Part shown: piece by piece, positions 11,432-22,409 of the stretch | Position numbering within the stretch: position 1 is the stretch's first letter | How the letters are laid out: each line of letters begins with the position of its first letter | Assembly (NCBI GenBank): GCA_010093605.1 | Contig: MU004187.1 | Span: 1,974,882-2,038,881, forward strand | Direction of reading: 5' to 3' | Length of the DNA stretch: 64,000 nucleotides | From: Lophium mytilinum | Lineage: Eukaryota | The notes under the pieces: generated by a model | Databases searched by the model: none | What the model was told of the DNA's origin: nothing | What the model saw: only the letters and a program-made list of their open reading frames with translations | Made by a program: the position numbers and the translations under genes

Positions 11432-13866
11432 ATGGAGGTGGTAAAGCCGCATATGGTGATCGGGATCGACTTTGGCATGACTTGTGAGTGCTGATGTGAG
11501 GCTGGAGAGAGGGGCCGGTGAGGCCAGTAGCGCCGAGTCTATCCCCCTTTCGGGCCGGCGGCTATTCCTTCCACCATCATTCCTCTCCATAACCACAAGG
11601 TGGATTTGATGCTGATGGTCTATCACTTCAGGTACTGGAGTATCTTATGCAAATCTATCAATCGGCTCAGAAACAGTGCGATGGGTTCAGAAATGGCCCG
11701 GCCGCTTTCAGGCAAACGAAAATAAAGTTCCCACTGTCGTGGTATATCCAACCAACAAATCAGAGCCATCATCATGGGGATTTCTATCAGAAACAATAGC
11801 AGAGACTACTGCCGAGGACAAAGAATACAGAGAGTGGTTCAAAACATCTCTGGATCCCCAGAAGCTATTGAAAAAGCAAGAGGAGGATCCTGAAAACACA
11901 GCGAAATCCATCGCTGAAGTTGAGAAGTGGTACACGGACTACTTACAGAAGCTGTATCAGTACATCGCTTTCAAACTTGAGTCTGAGCTCTCGGGAGTGA
12001 CGTGGAAAGACGCGACGATTGAGTTCTTGTTCAGTGTACCGACTACCTGGGCGCCTAACCCTACCGTGGAGCTATTTCGAAGCATTACCTCAAGAGCTGG
12101 GTTCGGGGAGCACATTGGCCATTCTGTGTCCATTGGCTTGACGGAAGCCGAAGCAGCTGCTGTACACGTATCTACAGAAGCTTGTGGTATCTTTAGGGTG
12201 CGTTTTCAAACAGTCTACTCCGTGGCCCCTTCTTCAATCTAATAACGTCTAGGAAAGAGATATATTACTTGTCTGTGACGCAGGAGGTGGTACCACCGAC
12301 TTATCTGTGCTCCGCGTCACAAACACGTATGGTCAAAGTATATCATTAGAGCAGCTAGATGTTGTGTTTGGCGAAACCATCGGATCTGCTGCTATCGACT
12401 TTGGGTTTCAGAAGCTTGTACGGGCAAGGCTGGACGCGGCCAACAGTGCCATTGAGCTCCCGATATCAATCGACGATGCGTGTTGGGAGATGATGAAGAG
12501 CAGGGACTTTCAGGCAGTGAAGTGCGAGCACGGCTCCCCTGATGATACACCATTCTTCTCCATCGCCATCTCAAAGTTGCCTCCGTCTTACAATAATCCA
12601 GAGCATAACATTAAAGACGGAGAGATGAAGTTTGCTCGGTAAGTCGCTTCCGAAGCCTGAAGTGACAACTTTGACAAGTCTGACCATAAGTAGAGAAGAT
12701 TTACAGCGAATGTTCGACAGACAAATCGAGAAGCTATTCAGACTCGTTGACACTCAACTAGAAAGTTTACGCCGCAAGCATGCTCATGAGAGAGTAGTTC
12801 GTACTTTGCTGCCTTGCCGTTTTACGCCCCTGCCTAACACTCGACAGTCCCATCTCGTACTCTCCGGTGGTCTCGGAAACTCATCCTACGTCCAACAACG
12901 CCTAAGCGCCCGCTACGCCTATGGCTCCAACTCACCACACTCCAACGCAAACGGCATGCAAGTGCGCATCGCCCCGGACCCCCAGCTCGCCGTCTGCAAA
13001 GGACTAGTCGCCGACCGCGTCCGCAAGCTCACTACCAACCAATCCGTGCTCGGCTGGCGGTGCTGTCGCGCGTCCTACGGCACCATCTGCAAGATCTTAT
13101 ACAACAAGAAGAATCCCGAACACGTCGGCAAGCCGACAATCAAAGACCCCATCAACAATAAGCTCTACATCTCACAAGCCGTAGCATGGTTCATCAAAAA
13201 AGGGGAGCCGGTGTCGGTTGATCAGCCCATCATCCACAATTTCTTGAGAAAGCTGAGTCCTGGCGACCCGCGGCGAGCGTTCCCGACGAGTATCATTACG
13301 AGCGATGTGGATAAGGAGTATTTGCCGTTTAACATGAGTCCTAGTAAGATATTCATTCCCACTCAGTAGACTATAGAGTTAATCTGGATGGATTAGATGC
13401 AAGATTACTGTGCGAAATCGAGTCAGACCTCTCAACCGCAGACGAGAAACGGTTTGTAGAAAAGAACAAACAGTTCTGGAAGGTGGCGAAGCACTACTTC
13501 AAGGTGGAGTACCAAATCAGAGTCATAATTGGTGCTGCGGACATCCGGTTTGAGCTTTGTGAGTATCTTCTCCTCTCATACATACCCTTTTGCTCTCGTT
13601 CAGTATCGATATCTTTCAACAGCCTAACAGGCTTAGGGTTTGACGGGCAAAAGCTCAGCCGTGACCATCCTATTCGCGTAGAATGGACCGCCGCAACACC
13701 ACCGCCACCTGAGCCAGTGGTACCCGTGGCAGTCCAATCACCAAGCCTCTTCTTGCCACGCCGTAGCTGGCAAAGCCATAGTCCTGTCACGAGCATCATC
13801 TCGCCGAAAAGTAGCAACAACTCTCCTGTTAGGCCGGATGCTCAGCCAACTCATTTGTATGCGTGA
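11432..13866 (+). CDS. Atypical Hsp70-like actin-fold ATPase (fungal HSPA12-like family)
   Basis: VIGIDFGMT-GVSYA (phosphate 1), KVPT, SWGF, FSVPTTW, LTEAEAAA, ILVCDAGGGTTD (phosphate 2), LVLSGGLGNSSYV (adenosine), PQLAVCKGLV, RASYG. Introns approx 11484-11631, 12198-12252, 12639-12690, 12797-12847, 13344-13396, 13559-13636. No EEVD tail. Confidence 0.88.
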
Positions 13867-14399
13867 GGAGGGAATGGCAATGAAGAACTCTCGTGTATTT
13901 GGTGTTTGGGACAAAAGGTGCATCAGATATCCACAGAGTAGAGCATACTTCATTTCTCTTTATTTAGAAATTCTACAGAATAGACAGTCATTGAACCATC
14001 CGTATACTCGTTTACCGCTGTTTGAGGTGCCTCGTACCAATTTTAGCGATCGAAAAAGGAGAGAAATACGCCATCTTGGAATACTGGTGAACTTATCAGG
14101 CCACTCCAGACAGTGTCAACATGATGTACGTAGATTAAGTCGTATTCGCTTTGCCGGTTTCTCATAGTACGTGGGAGCCCCTCTGATAGTGGCAGGGGCA
14201 CGGTAACTCATTCAAACTCCGCAGGTCCAATCCATCACGTATAGCTTTTGACATTGTACTCTTCATATTTTTAGTATGTTCAGGAGGCAATGCACATTAC
14301 CTCACCATCGTCAAAATAAACACAAAGATACTGCAGATTACACTCTCGGAGCTGTGCTCAGTTGATTCCATTCACGCCACATACGGTATACTAACTCCC

Positions 14400-15975
14400 T
14401 CAAAGCAGACCATGCTTGGCCAGGTTGTGGTAGATGCGCGCTGGCATCACGTTGCCCTGTGAATCCTCCATTTGCACAACATTCTCCACGGCCTGTGCCT
14501 CCTGCTTCTTGTTTTGCGTGATCTTCTGCCACAAGAGTATGGCCTCTTCAATTTTCGTTATCTCTCTGAAAAGAGTAGTAGTTGTAACGCCGAGTGACTT
14601 CAGGCCATAGATATGCCGAGGCTCATTAAAGTGTTTGTCGAACGCGCGCCGGCCCATGTACACATAGTTGCCGCAGATCTCGCAGGGAAACTCCACGCCG
14701 AGGCCATGCAGCTTGTAGAGCCAGAATGGAATGGGCTTGCCGTCCCATCCGAGCGGAAGCTTGAGCGGGTTGTAGATTTTGCCTTCTTCGTCCTCGTCGT
14801 CGCCTCCGTCCACAGCCCCGGGACCGCCTGCCTTGTCGTCGGTTTCCGCATACATCGCGTCGATTTCGAGTTGACGTTCCTTATCTGTCATGCCTTGCCT
14901 ACGTTCGACGTTGACCCGAGTATCGCTACGCTCAGTGGACATGGCGGCGGCTAGCTTGCGGACTCGGAATTCGCGTTCGGCAATGACGCGCTCTTTGAGG
15001 CGATGGATAGAATTTGCTGATGAGGCGGAGGTGCCGTTGCTAGTTTCCTTGCTGCTTCCGCGTGCTTTGCGCAGCTCGGCGGCTTTGATGTGTTTCTTTC
15101 CCGTCAGATGTGCGTTGTAAACGTTCTCATTCTTGAAAGCCTTCTCGCAGTCCGCGCAGAACAGATCGTCCTTCGTAGCATCGTCTTCGAGGGCCGTTGA
15201 GCCAGTCTGAACGTTCTGCTCCCATCCTGGGACCTGGTCCTTCTCCCACGCCTCTTCGAACTCCTTGTCAAACGATTCGAAGAGCTTCTTCAGATCCTCA
15301 AGTGGTTTCGTGCGCTCCATGAAGCTCTCGAGGTACTTCGCAAGCGATGTGATGTACTTGAAATAGTCATCCGTCATCTTGTCGTTGTACCGCAGGGTGC
15401 ACTCTGGAAGTGTGAATTTGTCGAAGATGTCGATGTACTGCACGTAAGGAATGCGGCGAATATTCTTGACGCCCTGGAGGTTGACATAATGCTCGTGCAG
15501 CGCCACTAGATCGAAGAACCGGCCACATCCCTCCTCTCCCGTGAATCTAGATTCAAGCTCTGCGATCGCCGCGGCCTTCTCGTCTGGGCCTCTCTTGTAT
15601 GCGCGCTCCAGGTCTTCGACAGGTTCGTTGGGGTAACGCCGATGGAAGCTCTTGATTCCGGCAAGCTCCTCATTGAAAGCCTGGAAAGGGTCACCGGTCG
15701 TGTACTTTTGAATGTCGCTGGCTAGTTTCCTGTCCTTGTCTTTGCGAAGGACTTGCGCACGCTTAGCCTGATTTCGAAAGTGGACGAGAAACTGGGCAAT
15801 TTGATGGTCGCGGGTTAGACGCTCCCGGATCTAACACAAAAGCCTGTCAGCTTGCTTGTCGAGAGCGATTGGCAGTACTTACATGCTTTGGGTCCTCCAG
15901 GACGCGGTCCGCGATAGCTTGCTCCAGCCTCTCCATATCCTCCCAAAGGAGCCTCTCATCCTCCAGCGCACTCAT
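14400..15975 (-). CDS. PRP9: Splicing factor 3a subunit 3 (SF3a60/Prp9)
   Basis: MSALEDER...EDMERLEQAIADR; intron approx 15831-15882; FTGEEGCGRFFDL, C2H2 finger CADC...HLTGKKH, YNPLKLPLGWDGKPIPFWLYKLHGL, CEICGNYVYMGRRAFDKHF. Confidence 0.95.
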
Positions 15976-16547
15976 GGTTGCGATGGTGATATCGCGGGAA
16001 TTTGTGGGCAAAGGGCAATGTGTAGGCTAGCAGTACGGAACCTTACCTTTCAGATATCGACGTGAATGCAGCCCACCGAGTGACTGCGGGGTGCGGAGGT
16101 GAGGTGCATGTGCAGCAGCAGCGGCGCGTTGAAGTATTCTGGAAATGAAGGCGGTCAAAGATTCTGCCGGCTACGCAGGGGTCTGGCCGCGGCCAGGATC
16201 CCTTGCACGCTAGGCGGGAAGAAAGTGGCACGCTTAAGCTCAAGCACTTCACCACCGTCTGAGGTAGCCCGGAAAGCTATCAGGCTTAGCTAAACTAGTG
16301 CTTCGTGAATAGAAATACCATACGAGAGGACCTCAAGCGGTGTAAAACAAGCGTACACAGTTACAGAGTGAAGAGCTTCTATCGCGTTAAGATTTTCGAG
16401 AATGGATTAAGGCACCCCAAGCAGTGGCATACAGGAGCACACACCCATGTAAAATACAGTGCCATCTATTTCATGCCCTGCGTCCCTTGGTCGTCCCAGG
16501 ATTGAACATCTGAGGCCGCGCAAGACCACACTTCACACGTCTCCAAT

Positions 16548-17905
16548 ATGGCGCTGCCCAAGAGCATACGCATTCTGGCGGCAGCCACACTATGCATCTT
16601 CTTCTACATGGTCGTGCAGATCTTCAAGGCGCCCGAGTCGCTCGAGGCGCCTGGGACGGGCAAGTTAGGAAAGTTAGACAAATGGACCAAAGACCCCCAA
16701 TTAGATCGTATGTCCATGTCCCTCTATTCTTTGCAGATTCTGATGGTTCTTAGCATCCGGAGAGCCCCCAGAACCTCTCCGGAGAGTGGAGGGCGACAAC
16801 TACGAACCCAACAATCCCAATTCAGCCAGGATCAACGCCACGATACTCTCGCTGGTGCGCAATGAGGAATTGGACGACCTGCTGCAGTCCATGAACGATC
16901 TCGAGCGGACATGGAACCACAAGTTCAACTACCCTTGGACCTTCTTCAACGACGTTCCCTTCACCGACGAGTTCAAGAAGCGCACACGAGCTGCCACCAA
17001 AGCCGCCGTTCATTACGGTACCACCCCCTCTACCATTCCCCCAAGCACCCAACCGATATAATAACTGTACAGAAATCGTCCCCAAAGAGCACTGGGACGT
17101 GCCCAGCTGGATCAACATGGACCTCTTCGGCGAATCCGTCTCCGTCCTCGTCGAGCAAAAAGTGCAATACATGCCCAAACTCTCCTACCACCAAATGTGC
17201 CGCTGGAACAGCGGCCTCTTCGTCAAGCACCCTGCACTCGCAAACACCCAATATTACTGGCGCGTGGAACCCAAGGTCCACTTCTTCTGCGACATCGACT
17301 ACGACGTCTTCCGCTGGATGCAGGACCACAACAAGACATACGGCTTCAACATCAACATCTACGACTCCCCGGAGTCGGTCACGACGCTGTGGCCCGAGAC
17401 GCGCAAGTTCATGGCGGACCACCCGGAGTACCTGAAGGAGAACAACGCGATCGAGTGGCTGCAGGACAAGGAGCGGCGGCCCGGCCATAACGAGCTCGCG
17501 CACGGCTACTCGACGTGCCACTTTTGGTCGAATTTCGAGATTGGCGATATGGCGTTTTGGCGCAGCCAGGCGTATCAGGACTACTTTGATCATTTGGATC
17601 GCGCGGGCGGGTTCTTTTATGAGCGGTGGGGCGATGCGCCGGTGCACTCGATTGCGCTGGGGTTGTTTGAGGATAAGAGCAAGATTCATTGGTAAGTTTA
17701 CGCGGAGAACTCCATCGTGAAATGGTATGCTAATGGCAGTGTGTTCAGGTTCCGTGATATTGGATATCAGCATATTCCCTTCTTCAATTGCCCCAACAAC
17801 CCTAAGTGCAAGGGATGTGTCACAGGCCGCTTCACGGACGGAGAGGCGTGGCTGAACCAGGAGGATTGCAGGCCGCTGTGGTTCAAGTATGCAGGCATGG
17901 ATTGA
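16548..17905 (+). CDS. Alpha-1,2-mannosyltransferase, GT15 (KRE2/MNT1/KTR family)
   Basis: Type II N-terminal TM; NATILSLVRN, FNYPWTFFND, SYHQMCRWNSG, YYWRVEP, CHFWSNFEI, GGFFYERWGDAPVHS. Introns approx 16708-16752, 17018-17072, 17692-17748. Confidence 0.93.
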
Positions 17906-18493
17906 ATTCAGACGGACCGGTCATAGTTATCTGGTTGCGGAAAACACGGCGCGGCGTTGGGAGTTCCTTGGGAGTACTAGAGCTTGAACCTGTATATGTT
18001 TATTATCATCGCATAGATTTCACCTAGTAAATAGGTCTGAGAGCATGTCAAATGAATGAATGTGATATTGCCCTGGACCTATGAGTTTGGTAGCCTATAA
18101 AACGGGAAGCTGTATAGTTATCCAATCGTGAAAGTATTGGATCTGCCTACTGATAGAACTCCTTGTTTATCGCTTCTTGATAAAGAAGCTATATCTGTGG
18201 AGTTAGTAAACAGACCTGCAAGCTACGATTCATTTCAGCCAAGCCCAACTCAATCACAATCAATCAAGAAGGCGACGATCCAAACGGGCTGTACAATTGC
18301 TTTCTCACCAGCACACCACAAGCGGCATACCGCTCCTCTCTCATCTTCTAACCGCAAACCAGGGAAATCATATGATGATACAAGACAAGTCTCCGCTCCC
18401 CACCCCTTCAGCACGCCCAAGCTCGAGTATCCCATCCATCCACATCCCAACTTGTGCTTTTGAACGATTTCTCTTTGTAGCGGCGCAAAAAGC

Positions 18494-19261
18494 TTAATAG
18501 AACTGCGTGTCCGGGAACATGGCCTCCTTGAGCACGATGCCAAGCTCCGCTCGTATCGGTTCTAGCTCGGTGAGGTACTCCTCATACTGGCCCTTGTTCT
18601 CCACCTTGGCTTTGATGCCTAGCAAACAGCGGAACAAATTAGCAGTCCGCAGTATAGTTATTGGTAAGAAACGGAGGCTGGCCACACACCCTCGAAAACT
18701 CGCACGGCGGACGGGTAGTCGTTGACCCTCCTCGCTGCCTTCAGCGCCGCCACAATGACGGACGGCGCCGGCACCAAATCGTACGCAAAAGCGTTGTTGA
18801 GGTTACGCTACCACCCGAATAAATATTAGCCTTTATCCCAAGAGAAAAGGGGGGCGGGGGGTCCTCCAGTGACGCAACCGCCGGCAAACATACCTGAAGC
18901 TCAAACACATCGCTCACAGCATCAAACTCCTTCTCATACCTGTCACACACACAAATCAGCCATGTTCTCTGCTCAGAAGCTTCTTCCGCAGCTGTGCAGG
19001 CCCCCAATCGCACTCAATGCCTCCCTCTCTCCCCCCGGCAATGCTCCCCCCAAAAAACCCCCCATCTTCGGAAAGCGAGCTATCGTACCTGGCGCTGAAC
19101 TCCTCGAAGCTCTCCTCGGCGTGCGGGTCGTCGTTCTTCCTCGCCGCCGTCTGAGCAAAGGCCCGGCGAGCCTGCATTGGGAGCACCCGGCGCGCCGGAG
19201 CGGCAGCGACCCCCAGGCGGAGGCACGGGCGGACGCGCGAGGCGGCGCGCACAAAAGACAT
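18494..19261 (-). CDS. COX6: Cytochrome c oxidase subunit VI (COX5A/Cox6)
   Basis: Arg/Ala-rich mitochondrial presequence; spliced exons give HAEESFEEFSAR-YEKEFDAVSDVFELQ-RNLNNAFAYDLVPAPSV...RRVNDYPSAVRVFE-GIKAKVENKGQY. Three introns. Confidence 0.93.
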
Positions 19262-20036
19262 TATGAGTGGAGATGTGTGCGAGGCGGCTCGAGTATCGAA
19301 GGTTCGGGAGGGAAAGGCTCGCGGTGGTGGGCTGGGCGAGCTGGTTGTGGGGGGAGGAGGGTTGGTGAGGTTAGGTTAGGTGAGAGAAGAATGTCGGCTG
19401 GAGATTCAGGTCACACCATGCCCGACAGTTCGCGTGCACGTGATCGGAAGGGCCCGCTGCAATAATCGAATTTCGATTGGAGGTGTCTTCTGTGCCCCTG
19501 GGATTCCCTGCGTCATGGGCTTTGAGCACTAACTGCGGTGAATGCCATCCGTGGTTCCCGGGAGTGCATGGTGATATTTGTATAATTTGCGAAATTCAAT
19601 AAGACTTTTGGAGTACATGCAAGTTTTTATTCATATCCAAACACAGGAAGAAACTATGCATTACACTTCTAGCAGCGCCTCCCCGCGCTATGCTAGGGAT
19701 TTCTAGTTTTTAGAATTACATTGACAGTAGTGCTCTCATGACCCAAACGCATAACTAATTACAAGGAAATATTTTGCAATGTGTGGATCCCCCTGCGGCT
19801 CTTCGCAAACATGAAATGCGAACACGACGCGTGAAAGCATTCGACGAAAACGGGGGTTTTGATTGAATTGAAGCTGTGGGTGCATTGCTTCATGGAGATT
19901 TTGGGTCGGCCCGGCGAATCATCCATGGCCTGACACGCACCGGGGGGACGTCCAGCGTACGAGTAGCCAAAGCAGAGCTCAATCTGCTTCGTCGCCTGCC
20001 CTGACTCAGTTTGTGTGACGGCAGTCGAGGGCGTGT

Positions 20037-21227
20037 TTACGCCTTGCGAGATCGGGTGACGCGTCCGTTGGGTGTGGCTGATCCTGTAGAGGTGGCATGT
20101 CCATTAGCCAACGAATGTGCACCTTGGCTGAGACGCCGTCTGGCTTCTGCAACCGTTGGTACCTTCTCATCCTTCATCTCAACCAACGCGCTCGTGGCCC
20201 GACGCCTGCCCTTAGGAATGGGCTTCGAGTACGTGGCGAAGTAGAATGAGATGAACAGGACGAGGTACGAGGTGAGGATGCAGATTCCGGCAATGGCGGC
20301 AAACTCCTCGCCGGCGCATTTGCCCGCATTGGGGAGCCAATTCCAGTAGGTGGAGGTGAAGTAGGTCCATGATGCAAAATAGACGAAGCCTGTTTATGGT
20401 CAGCTTCGTGGAATATATAGAGTATGAGCACACTTACCCAAATCCAGAACGAATTGGACAATCTGCATGACCGTGATGTACTTCTTCCACCAGATGCGAA
20501 TGCCCCGCGCGCTTTGGAAGTAGTACCAGTACATGACGACATGAACCATAAGGTTCAGTGTTATGGGAACCCAGGAGACAGAAGTGTTTCCGATGAGCTG
20601 GGTGTAGCAGAGAAGGGCCGTTGCGCCGTGATGGTATGTGTGGAGGAAAGCTGAAGACAGGTCAGCGCTACAAATTGTATGTTGTCAGGTAGAACATACT
20701 CAGAGGCTTCTTCTTCAGGAAGAGGAAGCAGGTGTCGATTAGTTCCACGAATTTCGTGAGGTAGTTAAGCTGAAGCTCAGTTAGCCAAGTCGAGAATTGG
20801 GGTTCGGAGCGCGCACATAGTACAGTATGACCAGTTTGTCGGTCCAGCCTCCATTGTGATCGCAAATGGCGAAGAAGACGCCGTTGCGAGCAACGATGGG
20901 AATCAATTGCTCCGCAAACAGCGCCAACAGGGTGCCGCTGATGAGGGTGAGGTAGAAGTTGTGGACCTTGAAGAAGAAGCTGAGCTGGAAAGGTTCCCGA
21001 CCGCGCATCAACTCTCTGCCGCCAAAGATTATAACGTAGTATGATGCAAGCATTATGGCCGTGGCCTTGAAGGTCGACAGCGTCGTCTCTCCAGACTCGA
21101 AGCGGAAGTCTTGGGGTTTGTAGCCAACGACAGCCCCGAAACCCTTCTCGAAAATAGGCCACAGCTCGAGGCCAAAGGGGCGATCCAGCGAAGGAGTGCC
21201 ATATTGAATCCAATCCAGCTTCGACAT
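20037..21227 (-). CDS. Very-long-chain fatty acid elongase (GNS1/SUR4, ELO2-like)
   Basis: [33 protein letters not shown] histidine box, [29 protein letters not shown]. Three introns. Confidence 0.93.
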
Positions 21228-21939
21228 TGTGGTGTTGTTGTGGGTGGAATGGAGAGCAACGGAAGGCGCGGAGAGTTGCAGGTCGCGTCAAGAAGGTAGA
21301 AAAAAGGCAGTGGACGTAAAATACAGAGCGGCGAAGGCTGAGCACCAATGCCAAAGGAGTGACAGGAAGATCGAAGCGGAGGGGGAGGCGCGATTGCGAT
21401 GGTGGGTGGCCCTTGGGAGATCTGGTATCTTTTTGTACGGGGTTCCAAGGGTGAAGGTCGGGGGTGTTTCTTCGAGAAGCGGCACCGTGATGAATAAGGG
21501 GCTAGGAAATTGAGCCAGCTCCACCCACCGCGCCGTGATTCCCGTCCAACCCCAACGCCAGCCTTTCTTACAGCCTCGACGCCGTTAGGTGCGAATTGCG
21601 CATGTGCTGGCCATGTCATCCTGCCTCGGCCTGCTGCACAGACGGATTCGATTGGCTGCTGCCGCCTGAGCCTCTCTCGTACCTAGGAATTGCCTTTTCT
21701 GGTCTCATTTGCGATGGGAGCGGACTGCGCCCTAAGAGGGGGAAACGGAGCTACCGGATGGGGTGCATCATGGGACTTGGCGGGAGCTAGGGTGCCTTCA
21801 CATGGGTTCTAAAGAGCGCGTCGTAACGCGGTGAAGGGATTCACGGGTAGCGAGTTTCTCGGACCAAATGCCGCCTGTAGTTGTACTGGACGTGGAGCTT
21901 GCGGTCTATAGTTTTCCCGTTTTCTAATTCTAAGGAACA

Positions 21940-22010
21940 TAGGCATCGTTACATACTGTAATTTCAAGTAGGCGTCATCACATACTTTAATTTCAAGTAG
22001 GCATCGTCAC
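21940..22010. repeat. Minisatellite, about 2.4 copies of a 29-bp unit
   Basis: TAGGCATCGTTACATACTGTAATTTCAAG / TAGGCGTCATCACATACTTTAATTTCAAG / TAGGCATCGTCAC. Confidence 0.85.
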
Positions 22011-22409
22011 GGGAAATATCACACCAGGCGCTTTCAAAGTCAGAACGCTCCATGTCTATCAAGGTCGTGCCGCAACATAGTAAACAGTAGAGGGGCCGCA
22101 TATCCCAGCCCAGCACTACCGGCGCCCTCAATCAATTCCGTACTCCGTCGCGAACCTATGGAAGAAAGTAATGAACGCTCCAAGTTCGTTTTAGGTAGCC
22201 CTGTGCTTTCTACCAACGCGTCTCCCTTCCAGCCGGCGCACTCGAGAAGAGAAAAGAAGAGACCGAAACAAAAGCCCGCTCGGCCCCGCGCACAATCAAG
22301 ACGCTTTGTGTCTGCACCTACAAACGAGGGGAATCGAGCAGAGTCAATAGAAGCAAGCAATTGGCCATGCAAAAACGCAGGTACGCGCCATGAGATCGAA
22401 CACCGTGTG

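Noticed and set aside
18869..19465. Long antisense ORFs over GC-rich genes (over COX6 here; also over GT15, the 2OG oxygenase and GH27)
   Set aside because: Shadow ORFs produced by the codon bias of the real gene on the opposite strand.
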